From Opitutales bacterium (GTDB lineage: Bacteria > Verrucomicrobiota > Verrucomicrobiia > Opitutales > PNEW01): 32,000 nucleotides of DNA. The stretch is taken from NCBI GenBank assembly GCA_965219535.1, contig CBDCNV010000002.1, forward strand, positions 300,001-332,000. The letters run 5' to 3'. Shown here piece after piece: positions 1 through 9,092 of the stretch. Every line of letters starts with the position of its first letter. Position 1 is the first letter of the stretch. The position numbers and the translations under genes were made by a program. The notes under the pieces were generated by a model. That model saw only the letters and a program-made list of their open reading frames with translations. It was not told the origin of the DNA and made no database searches.

Positions 1-10
1 TCACGCTCAT

Positions 11-1297
11 TCATGGGTCATTAGCAATAGCCGTAGTCTGGGGAGAAACTTTTAACAGACAGGCACCTCCGAGTAAAAATAAAATTGCCACTGCCAGGGC
101 ACCCAGCCGCGGCTCACCACTAAGACGAGCTACGGTCCCCATCAAGACCGGACCGAGTAGAGCGGCAAATTTACCAATCATATTATAAAACCCGAAATAA
201 GCCGCAGCCCGATCAGAGGGTATGATATTGGCAAAAAATGATCGACTGAGTGATTGAACACCGCCCTGAACGGATCCGACGAGAAACCCCAGCACATGAA
301 TTTCACTTATTGCCATGCCGAAAACTTGAACCGGCTCAAGGGAAAGACGGGCGGCATAAGTGGTAACACCAAGATAAATGATGATCCCGGTTAAAATTAT
401 TTTTTTTGCTCCGAAGTGCTGTCCCAGCCAGCCAAAAAAGAGCGAGGCGGGAACACCGACTATTTGAACAATAATGAGCGTCACCATAAGGTCCTGGAGG
501 GTGAAGCCAAGACTACTGCCGAATCCTGTCGCCATTGTAATCAGCGTATTCACGCCATCGATATAAAGCCAATAAGCAATGAGAAACCATATCACGTGTG
601 GTTGTTTTACTATTTCCTTAACTATCACACTTAATTCGACGAATCCTTTTCTAACTGCATTCAATAATTCCAACCGCGGCTCTTCGCGAATTTCTTTAAC
701 CCCTATTAACAGAGGAATACTGAATAGTATCCACCAGGCAGAAACACTGAGAAAAGAAATTTTTATCGCCGATGCTTTATCTTCTAATCCTAGAAGCGAG
801 GGGTTGTTTACTAATATGATATTCGCGATAAACAAAATAACACTTCCGCCATAGCCTAATGCGAAACCAAAGCCCGAAACCAAGTGCCGATTATTTTCAT
901 CACTGACACGAAGTAAAAGTGAGTCATAAAAAATATTACCCGCGCCAAATCCAATGAACCCTAAAATGTAAATAATACTTGCGAGCGCCCAATTGCCCTG
1001 CCCGACAAGATAAAACCCTGCCGTTGAAACTGCTCCTATAAGCATAAAGATACAAAGAAATCTTTTTTTTAGATGCGCTTGATCGGCAAACGCTCCCAGT
1101 ATAGGCGCGATCAAGGCAACGATCAGGCTGGCCATGGATACCGTAATCCCTTGCCAGAAGAACGCTTCTTCTGAACCACCGGACCAGTAATCATGGTAAA
1201 AAGGTCCAAAAAATCCTGCGATTACGGTGAGGACAAATGCCGAATTTGCACAATCATAAAGTGCCCAGCTTAACGCTTCCCTGTTTAGTCGTAACAT
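11..1297 (-). CDS. MFS transporter, UMF1/Atg22-like subfamily
   Basis: 428-aa ORF with an ATG start, hydrophobic throughout and with about 12 helix-length segments. The N-terminus (REALSWALYDCANSAF) resembles UMF1-type MFS proteins as I recall them. Its stop at 11-13 abuts another minus-strand ATG at 8-10. Confidence 0.75.
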   Translation of the reverse strand: MLRLNREALSWALYDCANSAFVLTVIAGFFGPFYHDYWSGGSEEAFFWQGITVSMASLIVALIAPILGAFADQAHLKKRFLCIFMLIGAVSTAGFYLVGQGNWALASIIYILGFIGFGAGNIFYDSLLLRVSDENNRHLVSGFGFALGYGGSVILFIANIILVNNPSLLGLEDKASAIKISFLSVSAWWILFSIPLLIGVKEIREEPRLELLNAVRKGFVELSVIVKEIVKQPHVIWFLIAYWLYIDGVNTLITMATGFGSSLGFTLQDLMVTLIIVQIVGVPASLFFGWLGQHFGAKKIILTGIIIYLGVTTYAARLSLEPVQVFGMAISEIHVLGFLVGSVQGGVQSLSRSFFANIIPSDRAAAYFGFYNMIGKFAALLGPVLMGTVARLSGEPRLGALAVAILFLLGGACLLKVSPQTTAIANDP

Positions 1298-1389
1298 CGC
1301 TCGTTAATATTAAGTCTGCCAGAAACGCGCTCCCGGTATTGTCATTGTCTGAAGTTAAGCTTGATCCCGCTCCAGGTTCGATAACCGCA

Positions 1390-2178
1390 TTAGCTTAATG
1401 TTATTTCAACCTTCTGCTCTATATGTAAATTGAATTCCTCTGCCGCGCTTCCCCCGTTTATCGCAATCTCCACAAACCCTCCCGATCCGTAATAAGCAAG
1501 GGGTTCGCCTTCAGCGACGGCACCAAACGTTTTTACAAGAGGTAGTATATTATTACCGACAGTGAGTATAATTTTATCGGACTGGAAGTTTTGTTCAAGT
1601 TTCATTTGCACAATATTGGTAATTGCGTTGCCGAAATGATCGATAAATTGAATTTCCCCTTTCGCTCCCCTTTTTTGATAGTTCGCTCGCGGCAAGTTTA
1701 ATTGCTCAATCTTCTCAAGACGTGGGCCAAGATCTGAGATCGCGGTCCCTTGGGCGAGATGTGCTGATACGGGCGCGAAAATATCACGGCCGTGAAAAGT
1801 ATGGCTCGGCTGTTTATGAATATACGATTCATTCTCAACTTTGCGAATTTCGACCCCCCGGTCTTTTTCCCTCTCCACGAGATAGGAAAAAATACCGTTA
1901 TCAGGCCCCACGAGATAGGACCCCCCTAAACGAATCGCAATCGCTGAACGTTCCGTCCCTACTCCAGGATCTACCACGCATAGAAAAATGGTCTGTTCCG
2001 GAAAGTCGCTGAAGCATTGCGCGAGGATAAACGCCGCTGAGCGGATGTCCCCCGGTTGAATTTCATGCGTGATGTCTACACAAACCGCATTGGGCGCGAG
2101 ACTGAGAATGCATCCCTTCATGCTGGCGACATACCAATCCTTATGTCCAAAATCTGTAAGGAGGGTAATGATACTCAT
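1390..2178 (-). CDS. S-adenosyl-L-methionine hydroxide adenosyltransferase family protein (DUF62; the fold family of fluorinase FlA and chlorinase SalL)
   Basis: 262 aa. Motifs ITLLTDFG..DWYV..MKG, VVDPGVGTERS and FHGRDIFAPV are characteristic of the DUF62/SAM_adeno_trans family. Confidence 0.8.
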   Translation of the reverse strand: MSIITLLTDFGHKDWYVASMKGCILSLAPNAVCVDITHEIQPGDIRSAAFILAQCFSDFPEQTIFLCVVDPGVGTERSAIAIRLGGSYLVGPDNGIFSYLVEREKDRGVEIRKVENESYIHKQPSHTFHGRDIFAPVSAHLAQGTAISDLGPRLEKIEQLNLPRANYQKRGAKGEIQFIDHFGNAITNIVQMKLEQNFQSDKIILTVGNNILPLVKTFGAVAEGEPLAYYGSGGFVEIAINGGSAAEEFNLHIEQKVEITLS

Positions 2179-2283
2179 AAGTTTATTTTTTCTCGCTTTA
2201 AGTAACCCTACACCGTCAATTAAATAAAATCATCGCGAACTGTAGCTGAATCAATGCACGACCATACATTAATGGAAGTGGTA

Positions 2284-3567
2284 TTAATCGATGATACGAT
2301 TATATATTTTCCCTCCTATGAAGCGCGCCTTATCGCCAAGTTGGCGTTGGATTCTAAGCACTTCATTCCATTTTACTGTTCGTTCGCTTCTCGCAAAAGA
2401 ACCTGCTTTTAGTTGCCCAGCATTCGTCGCGACCGCGAGATGATCGATAAAAGTGTCTTCAGTCTCACCCGATCGACCGGAAACGACCGGAAGCCAATTG
2501 GCCTCTTGTGTCCGTTTAATACATGCCAATGTTTCGGTAACCGTCCCAATCTGATTGAGCTTAATCAAAACGCTGTTCGCAATTCCTCTACTGATCCCCT
2601 TCTCAATTCGCTTAATATTCGTCGTAAATAAATCGTCTCCGATAATCTGAACCTTTCGCCCCATCGCGTTAGTGAACCGTTCCCATCCTTCCCAATCATT
2701 TTCAGCGAGTGGGTCTTCAATTGAAATAATTGGATATCTTTCACACCATTGAATCATCAAGTCACAAAACTCCATTGAGGAAAAAGATTCTTTCTCCAAC
2801 CCTAAATGATATTTCCCGTCTTGGAAAAATTCAGTCGCCGCAATATCCAGCGACAATGCAACCTCCTTTCCCGCCTCGTAGCCCGCTTCAGCAATTGCAT
2901 CGAGAAGGACGCGAAAAACTTCCTCATTAGAATCAAAGACCGGCCAATACCCGCCCTCATCAGCTAGACCTGCCAGCTTCCCTTTTTCTTTCATCAGTCT
3001 TCCCGCTTGGTGGTAGACGTTAAAAGTCATTTCCATACAATCTTCATAGGTATCGGCGCCTACGCAAAGGATCATAAAATCCTGAACATCGATTCTGCCC
3101 GAACTATGTGCGCCTCCACCGAAAATTTGAATTTCAGGGATGGGCAGCAAATTTCCCTTGCCATCACCTAGATAGGCATGGAGGGGAAGGGTTAACTCAT
3201 TCGCTGCTGCGGATGCCGCCGCCATTGATACCCCTAAGATGGCGTTCGCACCCAAACGACTTTTATTTTCGGTGCCGTCAAGTTCGAGCATGATTTCATC
3301 AATCTTCTTCTGGTTGGTAATTTCCACTCCCTGTAACGCGCTATTAATTTCCGTGTTCACATTTTCAACCGCTTTAAAAACCGAGCGCCCGAGAAAGCGT
3401 TTCGGATCCTGGTCTCTTAATTCGAGTGCTTCAAATGCTCCTGTTGATGCGCCCGAAGGAACAATGGCCGACCCTCGAACCCCGTTCTGTAGCGTGACTT
3501 CCGCTTCAACGGTGGGATTGCCACGAGAGTCATAAACTTGAAATGCTGAAACTTTATCTATTTGCAT
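2284..3567 (-). CDS. eno: Enolase-family protein (phosphopyruvate hydratase homolog with atypical active-site residues)
   Basis: 427 aa. Enolase motifs DSRGNPTVEAEV, PSGASTG..EALELRD, ADEGGY, SIEDPL, IGDDLF.TN, LIKLNQIG and RSGETED are present. However, QEFMI reads QDFMI (D163) and SHRSGETED reads SGRSGETED (G364). The ATG at 3567 overlaps the upstream kinase gene by 14 nt. Confidence 0.85.
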   Translation of the reverse strand: MQIDKVSAFQVYDSRGNPTVEAEVTLQNGVRGSAIVPSGASTGAFEALELRDQDPKRFLGRSVFKAVENVNTEINSALQGVEITNQKKIDEIMLELDGTENKSRLGANAILGVSMAAASAAANELTLPLHAYLGDGKGNLLPIPEIQIFGGGAHSSGRIDVQDFMILCVGADTYEDCMEMTFNVYHQAGRLMKEKGKLAGLADEGGYWPVFDSNEEVFRVLLDAIAEAGYEAGKEVALSLDIAATEFFQDGKYHLGLEKESFSSMEFCDLMIQWCERYPIISIEDPLAENDWEGWERFTNAMGRKVQIIGDDLFTTNIKRIEKGISRGIANSVLIKLNQIGTVTETLACIKRTQEANWLPVVSGRSGETEDTFIDHLAVATNAGQLKAGSFARSERTVKWNEVLRIQRQLGDKARFIGGKIYNRIID

Positions 3568-4558
3568 AACCTTTCATTCGCATAGTCCAGTTTTTATGAA
3601 TGTGCGCGATTTTATAATTATCCTTCGGTAACAAGTCATGAACAAAGGCTCGAACAAATTTTATTTCCTCTTTTCTTTCAACGAAATACTCGACCGGAGA
3701 TTTACCGTCAATCCGCGCCAGCATTAGCATGAGGAGGAGCCGTCCCGTTCTCAATTCTAATTCGCCTTCGACCTTCTGTTCAAGAACGGCAAAATAACAT
3801 TTGATCACCTCCTCGCATAGTGAAAGGCATTCGCTGAATTTATTTTTCCATAAGAGCGATTTCAGATAGAGGTGATTCAGAAGGAAGGCTAAATCAAAAG
3901 CTGGATCTCCGTACCAAGCGACTTCCTGATCGAGGAGAACAAACCGGTCCTTACTTATCATCATATTCTTCGGGCTGTAATCCCCATGAACGAGGGCTTC
4001 ACGCCACCCCTTCAGTCGTTTTGCTTCCTCTTGAAAAAAAATGCGGAGGTCGGGATTTCGGTCACCTGCGGTTATCAAGTAGGGATCAATTCTCACGTCG
4101 TAGAAGTTTGCCGACGTCTGAAAAGTATCTTCGGCGGTAGGGTCGTTTCGGGAATGATGATGAATTGCCGCCAAGATTTCCGCCGCCTTTTGCGCATTCT
4201 CAACTTTAAATATCCCTTGAAGAAGTTCTGTCTTCCAATTGTGGTAGCACTCATCCAAATATTCCATCGCGAAAAATCCTAATTCATTATCCGTCGCTAT
4301 CATTTTTGGCATACAGTCAGGAAGTATTTCCCCCACATAATGGATATAATCCTGTTCCACCTTATTGCGTGAAGTCGGAGCAAGCCAATTGTCCTTAACT
4401 CTGAGCTTGGCGAGCGCTTTTTTGATAACGATTTTACGCTCCCCATCATCGAGCAGAAAAATGTCGCTCGACACACCTCCTGTGAGCGGAGTCACGGTCG
4501 GATTGCCGCAGGCAATTATCTTTTTATCTAAAAGATAATGGATGATTTCTTCATTCAT
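3554..4558 (-). CDS. APH-fold phosphotransferase, methylthioribose-kinase (MtnK)-like
   Basis: 334 aa. The glycine-rich N-lobe (LTGGVSSDIF), IKKAL...W...R..E, the catalytic HGDYSPKN loop and LLDQEVAWYGDPAFDL align by eye with B. subtilis MtnK blocks (IKQAVPY..W.., HGDLHTGS, DPEFAFYGP.GFD). It is about 60 aa shorter than MtnK. Confidence 0.65.
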   Translation of the reverse strand: MNEEIIHYLLDKKIIACGNPTVTPLTGGVSSDIFLLDDGERKIVIKKALAKLRVKDNWLAPTSRNKVEQDYIHYVGEILPDCMPKMIATDNELGFFAMEYLDECYHNWKTELLQGIFKVENAQKAAEILAAIHHHSRNDPTAEDTFQTSANFYDVRIDPYLITAGDRNPDLRIFFQEEAKRLKGWREALVHGDYSPKNMMISKDRFVLLDQEVAWYGDPAFDLAFLLNHLYLKSLLWKNKFSECLSLCEEVIKCYFAVLEQKVEGELELRTGRLLLMLMLARIDGKSPVEYFVERKEEIKFVRAFVHDLLPKDNYKIAHIHKNWTMRMKGYANR

Positions 4559-4592
4559 TGTCGGATAAATTAATTCACTCCCTAACCGGCGA

Positions 4593-4622
4593 TTGACAAG
4601 TTTTTAGGGCTCGTCTTAAAAT
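4593..4622 (+). promoter_or_regulatory. Sigma70-like promoter for the cupin isomerase gene
   Basis: TTGACA at 4593-4598, an 18-nt spacer, then TAAAAT at 4617-4622. This lies about 110 nt upstream of the ATG at 4734. Confidence 0.35.
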
Positions 4623-4653
4623 CTTAACCCTTAAAACTTTACCACTTTAGTCA

Positions 4654-4682
4654 AAGTAAATACATTACGTTACGATTTACTT
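4654..4682. promoter_or_regulatory. 8-bp perfect inverted repeat (AAGTAAAT-N13-ATTTACTT) in the kinase/isomerase divergent region
   Basis: Arms at 4654-4661 and 4675-4682 are exact reverse complements. The repeat lies between the putative promoter and the isomerase start, so it could be an operator or a leader hairpin. Confidence 0.3.
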
Positions 4683-4733
4683 AAATCGACCCCCCGTAGA
4701 TTTTATAATTTTTGAAAGCATACATAAACACTG

Positions 4734-5306
4734 ATGAAGCGTTCTGCCTTAAACCGCGCCTACCTAAAAGCTAAAGCTTCTTTTGAGAAACATGGATGGG
4801 CGTTACCGCCTAACCCCAAGTGGGACATCACGGATTGTGGTCTGGGTGATTTTAAGAATTGCGGCCTGGTCCTCATCAACCTGGCTGAGGAGCCCGAGTA
4901 TTGTGAAAAACTCATGTATAATCACAAACTTCAAGTCTGCCCTGCCCATTGTCACAAAAAAAAGAAAGAGGATATTATCTGCCGCCACGGGGAGCTCGCG
5001 ATCGTTCTCTGGCCTCGGCACCCTCAAGATTGTAGAGAAGGTGAATCATTTTCAGTCAAAATTAATGGAGATTCTCGGCAAGTCACTTCTGGTGAAAAAG
5101 TGGTCCTGCCTCCGGGAGAAAGAATCACCCTCTGCCCCGGCATCTATCATGAATTTTTCCCGCAGAGTGATGAATGCATCCTGAGTGAAGTCTCTACCGC
5201 GAATGATGATGCGAACGATAATTTTTTTGTAAACGAGGATATCGGTCGCTTTCCAGGAATCGATGAGGATGAACCTCCTCTCGTTATTCTTGTTTCTGAA
5301 TCCTGA
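4734..5306 (+). CDS. D-lyxose/D-mannose ketol-isomerase-like cupin
   Basis: 190 aa. The pattern DCGLGDF...GL.L.NL....YCEK......Q.CP.H.H..K.EDII.R.G.L and the C-terminal SEVSTANDDANDNFF....RFP.I.ED match my recollection of the YdaE-type D-lyxose isomerase family. Confidence 0.65.
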   Translation: MKRSALNRAYLKAKASFEKHGWALPPNPKWDITDCGLGDFKNCGLVLINLAEEPEYCEKLMYNHKLQVCPAHCHKKKKEDIICRHGELAIVLWPRHPQDCREGESFSVKINGDSRQVTSGEKVVLPPGERITLCPGIYHEFFPQSDECILSEVSTANDDANDNFFVNEDIGRFPGIDEDEPPLVILVSES

Positions 5307-5316
5307 TCTATATAGA

Positions 5317-8300
5317 TTAAGAGACGTCCGCGTTGTAGGTCTGTAACGGACAGACACTGAGGCTTTTTTTCTTCTGTGATTCAATCCCTAGAAGTGCGGC
5401 TTCTGCCCCGGTCATCGTCGTGATAATACATAATCCCTGTTTTACTGCCGCGGTGCGAATGATATTTTCGTCGCGTCGGGGAATTCCCCCCGAAGGAGTA
5501 TTGATCACCATCTGAATCTGACCATTCTTTATTAAATCGACGACGTTTGGCCGCCCCTCGGCAATCTTGTCTACCGTTTTTACTTTCACCTGTTTGGTCC
5601 CAAAATAGCGGGCGGTCCCCTCGGTGGAATATATCTCAAACCCAAGTTCCTGTAATTTCTGCGCAAATACGACCGCGAGGTTTTTATCACTATCTTTAAC
5701 ACTGAGGAAAACATTTCCCCCCTGAGGAAGAGGAGGTCCGGCAGCCATATGTGTTTTGGCAATTGCCAGCCCCAAGTCCTTATCGAGCCCCATGACTTCT
5801 CCGGTGCTACGCATTTCTGGTGTCAGGGTGATAGGCGCACCCGGAAAACGAACGAAGGGGAAAACTGATTCTTTAACCGCCCAATTATTAATTTTCAGTT
5901 CGCGTGTAAATTTGAGGGACTTCAGCGTTGCACCGGCCATCACCTGTGCCGCCAGTTTAGCCAGCGGGACGCCAATCGCTTTACTTACAAATGGTATGGT
6001 CCGCGATGCGCGTGGATTTACTTCAAGAACATATAGTTCATCATCCTTTATCGCATATTGCACATTCATTAACCCCACAACTTTCAGTTCTTTTGCCAGG
6101 GCATAGGTCGCCTCTCTGACTTCCTGAATCATTTCTTTCTTAAGCGTGTGGGGAGGAAGCACCATCGCGGCATCACCGCTATGAACCCCGGCTTCCTCGA
6201 TGTGTTCAAGCATTCCGCCAATAACCGTTTGTTCGCTGTCGCTGATCGCATCTACATCGAGCTCTATCGCATCTTCAAGAAACTTATCGAGAAGAACCGG
6301 TTTCCCTGGCGCGACATCAAAGACTTCTTTAATCACCTGTTTTAATTCATCCATTTCATAGACGATGAACATACCGCGTCCGCCTAAAACAAAGGAGGGG
6401 CGAAGAAGAATGGGAAGACTAATGCTTTCAGCGGCAGTGAATGCTTCCTTAAAGGTCATCGCGATCGCGTTAACCGGTTGTTTTAACCCAATCTTTTCCA
6501 GTATCGCCTTAAAACGTTTCCGATCTTCGGCCGCTTCGATGTCTTCGGGTGTCGTGCCAATAATATGTGCCCCGTTAGCTTTTAACTCGGTGGCGAGGTT
6601 GAGCGGAGTCTGCCCACCGAATTGCACAATCACCCCTGAACATTTTTCCTGATGGTAAATTTCCAGTACATCTTCAAGCGTTAGGGGTTCAAAATAAAGC
6701 CGGTCCGAGGTGTCGTAATCCGTGCTGACGGTTTCAGGGTTAGAATTGACCATGATCGTCTCATACCCTACCTCGCGGAGGGCAAAAGCCGCATGGACGC
6801 AGCAGTAATCAAATTCAATCCCCTGGCCGATACGATTGGGGCCTCCCCCGAGGATCATAATTTTGCGCTTATCCGTAGGGACCATTTCGTTTTCATCACC
6901 GTAGGATGAATAATAGTAAGGGGTGAAAGCTTCAAACTCCGCCGCGCAGGTGTCGACTAAACGATAAACCGTATTTATATTATACTTCTCACGCAATTCT
7001 CGCAGCTTCGCGATTTTGATACCGGTCAAGTGTGCAATCTGTGTATCCGAAAAGCCGTATTCTTTTGCCTCGCGCAGGTTGTCTCGGTTCAGCCCTTTTT
7101 CTCCACCCTTAAGGAGTTTATTTTCCATCGTCACGATCTCGTTGAGCTGACTGAGAAACCAGGGATCGATCATCGTGATACGGTGAACTTTATCCAGACT
7201 CATACCTGCTTTGAAGGCAAAGCGAATATAGAGCACCCGTTCGGCCGTGGGCTTGGCAAGCCCCGCCCTTATGCTTTTAAGATCTTTCACCTCGTTACCA
7301 CCCAGTTTTCCCCCACCCCCAAATCCACGTGTCCCAATTTCAAGTGACCGCAATGCTTTTTGGAAGGATTCCTTGAATGTTCGCCCAATGGCCATCGCTT
7401 CACCCACCGATTTCATCGATGAGGTGAGCACATTATCCGCATCGGGAAACTTCTCGAAGGTGAACCTTGGGATTTTTGTCACCACATAATCTATGGTCGG
7501 TTCAAAACTGGCGGGCGTTTTTTGCGTAATATCATTAGGGATCTCATCGAGGGTATACCCGACGGCAAGTTTCGCGGCAATCTTGGCAATAGGAAACCCC
7601 GTTGCTTTTGACGCTAGGGCTGAAGAACGAGAGACGCGCGGGTTCATCTCAATTATCACCATGCGTCCATTCTTGGGATTAACCGCGAATTGAATATTAC
7701 TCCCTCCTGTCTCCACGCCGATTTCCCGGATGCAGGCAAAGGACGCGTCACGCATTAGCTGATACTCTTTATCAGTCAGGGTCATGGCTGGAGCGACAGT
7801 AATGGAATCTCCGGTATGCACTCCCATGGGATCGAAATTTTCAATTGAACAGATAACGACACATTGATCCTGCTTATCGCGCATGACCTCCATCTCGAAT
7901 TCTTTCCAACCGATAAGGCATTCCTCTATCAGGATCTGGTGAACGGGCGAAATATCCAACCCTTGTTGCACAATTTTCTCGTACTCTTCAGTGTTGTAAG
8001 CAATACCTCCACCTGCACCGCCGAGGGTAAAGCTCGGCCTGATAATTAATGGAAATTTTCTCAAATCGTCGGCCGCCGCTCGCGCTTCCTCCTTGGAACG
8101 GGCGTAAGCAGAGCGGGCAACATCAAGACCAATTTTAGTCATCGCGTCTTTAAAGAGCTCCCGGTCTTCACCTTTTAAAATGGCTTCGATCTGGGCGCCA
8201 ATGACTTCAACTCCATGCTCGCGAAGTATCCCCTGTTTATCCAGCTCAAGCGTAAGATTGAGTGCGGTTTGTCCGCCTAAAGTGGGCAGCAGCGCGTCGG

Positions 8301-8547
8301 GCTTTTCCTTTTTTATTATTAACTCTAACATCTCCGGGGTCAGAGGCTCGATATAAGTAACATCGGCAAATTCCGGATCTGTCATTATCGTCGCCGGATT
8401 GCTATTCACGAGAATTACTATGAATCCTTCTTCCCGCAGGGCCTTGCAGGCTTGAGTGCCGCTGTAGTCAAATTCGCAGGCCTGTCCGATGACGATCGGC
8501 CCTGATCCAATGATTAGAATTGTTTTTATGTCCGTGCGTTTAGGCAT
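5317..8547 (-). CDS. carB: Carbamoyl-phosphate synthase large subunit
   Basis: 1076 aa with duplicated ATP-grasp halves, the N-terminus [33 protein letters not shown] and a C-terminal MGS-like domain. No carA is adjacent. Confidence 0.97.
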   Translation of the reverse strand: MPKRTDIKTILIIGSGPIVIGQACEFDYSGTQACKALREEGFIVILVNSNPATIMTDPEFADVTYIEPLTPEMLELIIKKEKPDALLPTLGGQTALNLTLELDKQGILREHGVEVIGAQIEAILKGEDRELFKDAMTKIGLDVARSAYARSKEEARAAADDLRKFPLIIRPSFTLGGAGGGIAYNTEEYEKIVQQGLDISPVHQILIEECLIGWKEFEMEVMRDKQDQCVVICSIENFDPMGVHTGDSITVAPAMTLTDKEYQLMRDASFACIREIGVETGGSNIQFAVNPKNGRMVIIEMNPRVSRSSALASKATGFPIAKIAAKLAVGYTLDEIPNDITQKTPASFEPTIDYVVTKIPRFTFEKFPDADNVLTSSMKSVGEAMAIGRTFKESFQKALRSLEIGTRGFGGGGKLGGNEVKDLKSIRAGLAKPTAERVLYIRFAFKAGMSLDKVHRITMIDPWFLSQLNEIVTMENKLLKGGEKGLNRDNLREAKEYGFSDTQIAHLTGIKIAKLRELREKYNINTVYRLVDTCAAEFEAFTPYYYSSYGDENEMVPTDKRKIMILGGGPNRIGQGIEFDYCCVHAAFALREVGYETIMVNSNPETVSTDYDTSDRLYFEPLTLEDVLEIYHQEKCSGVIVQFGGQTPLNLATELKANGAHIIGTTPEDIEAAEDRKRFKAILEKIGLKQPVNAIAMTFKEAFTAAESISLPILLRPSFVLGGRGMFIVYEMDELKQVIKEVFDVAPGKPVLLDKFLEDAIELDVDAISDSEQTVIGGMLEHIEEAGVHSGDAAMVLPPHTLKKEMIQEVREATYALAKELKVVGLMNVQYAIKDDELYVLEVNPRASRTIPFVSKAIGVPLAKLAAQVMAGATLKSLKFTRELKINNWAVKESVFPFVRFPGAPITLTPEMRSTGEVMGLDKDLGLAIAKTHMAAGPPLPQGGNVFLSVKDSDKNLAVVFAQKLQELGFEIYSTEGTARYFGTKQVKVKTVDKIAEGRPNVVDLIKNGQIQMVINTPSGGIPRRDENIIRTAAVKQGLCIITTMTGAEAALLGIESQKKKSLSVCPLQTYNADVS

Positions 8548-8732
8548 ATCAAATTAAGGACAAAGTAATGGTGGCCGCTTCTTAAGGGGCAAGCGTAAAG
8601 CGGGGTAATTGTTGAATTAAAAGTAATTCCCCCTAGCCGCATCTTGGGTTTAATTAATTTTACACAAAGACCGTGAAAAATCTCTACCGAAATTCTTGTT
8701 AATTTCATCCGATCACATAAGCTGATGGGATT

Positions 8733-9092
8733 ATGTCTGAAATCACTATTTACCATAATCCGGATTGCAGCAAAAGCAGGCAAACGCTGGAACTCATTCG
8801 TGAACAAGGAGTGGAACCAAAAATAATTCACTACCTGGATACCCCGCCTGACGAGGGAACACTCCAGCAATTGCTTCATTTGATGGAAATGGAACCCCTC
8901 GACTTAGTCAGGAAAAAGGAAGATTTATTCGAAGAGTTGGCGATTGAAAAAATAGGCTTCGATTCACATCAACTAATTAGAACCATGGTTGAAAACCCGA
9001 TTCTTATTGAAAGACCCATTGTTGTTAAGGGGAATAGGGCAGTAATTGGCCGCCCCCCCGAGAGAGTTTTAACCCTTATTGATGATAAATGA
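8733..9092 (+). CDS. arsC: Arsenate reductase, glutaredoxin-coupled ArsC (R773 type)
   Basis: 119 aa. ITIYHNPDCSKSRQT (catalytic Cys), IERPIVV and VIGRPPE align with E. coli R773 ArsC. Its stop overlaps the pyrF start (ATGA). Confidence 0.8.
   Translation: MSEITIYHNPDCSKSRQTLELIREQGVEPKIIHYLDTPPDEGTLQQLLHLMEMEPLDLVRKKEDLFEELAIEKIGFDSHQLIRTMVENPILIERPIVVKGNRAVIGRPPERVLTLIDDK

Noticed and set aside
1-10. Minus-strand ATG at 8-10 directly after the MFS stop, suggesting another gene continuing off the left edge.
   Set aside because: Only 10 nt are visible, so it cannot be supported as a feature.
400-407. Homopolymeric T8/A8 tracts inside coding regions as possible phase-variation switches. Other examples are at 1063-1070 and about 4031-4038 and 4958-4965.
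   Set aside because: They encode ordinary Lys-Lys or Phe-Phe pairs in intact reading frames, in a moderately AT-rich genome. There is no sign of frameshifted gene halves around them.
1371-1390. GGTTCGATAACC, which resembles a tRNA T-loop.
   Set aside because: The flanking bases do not form a T-stem (CCAGG versus ACCGC), and no acceptor or anticodon arms can be drawn.
4783-5184. 133-aa plus-strand ORF in an alternative frame of the lyxose-isomerase-like gene.
   Set aside because: It is on the same strand and fully nested, and its sequence is not protein-like. The other frame carries the cupin/lyxose-isomerase motifs.
5306-5317. Perfect 12-nt palindrome ATCTATATAGAT bridging the convergent stop codons of the cupin gene and carB.
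   Set aside because: The stem is all A/T and only 6 bp with no loop, so it is too weak to be a convincing bidirectional terminator. It may simply reflect the two abutting stop codons.
8526-8879. 117-aa minus-strand ORF spanning the carB-arsC intergenic region and the arsC 5' end.
   Set aside because: It overlaps the well-supported arsC start and the carB start region, and it has no motif support. It is more likely a chance ORF across a divergent promoter region.
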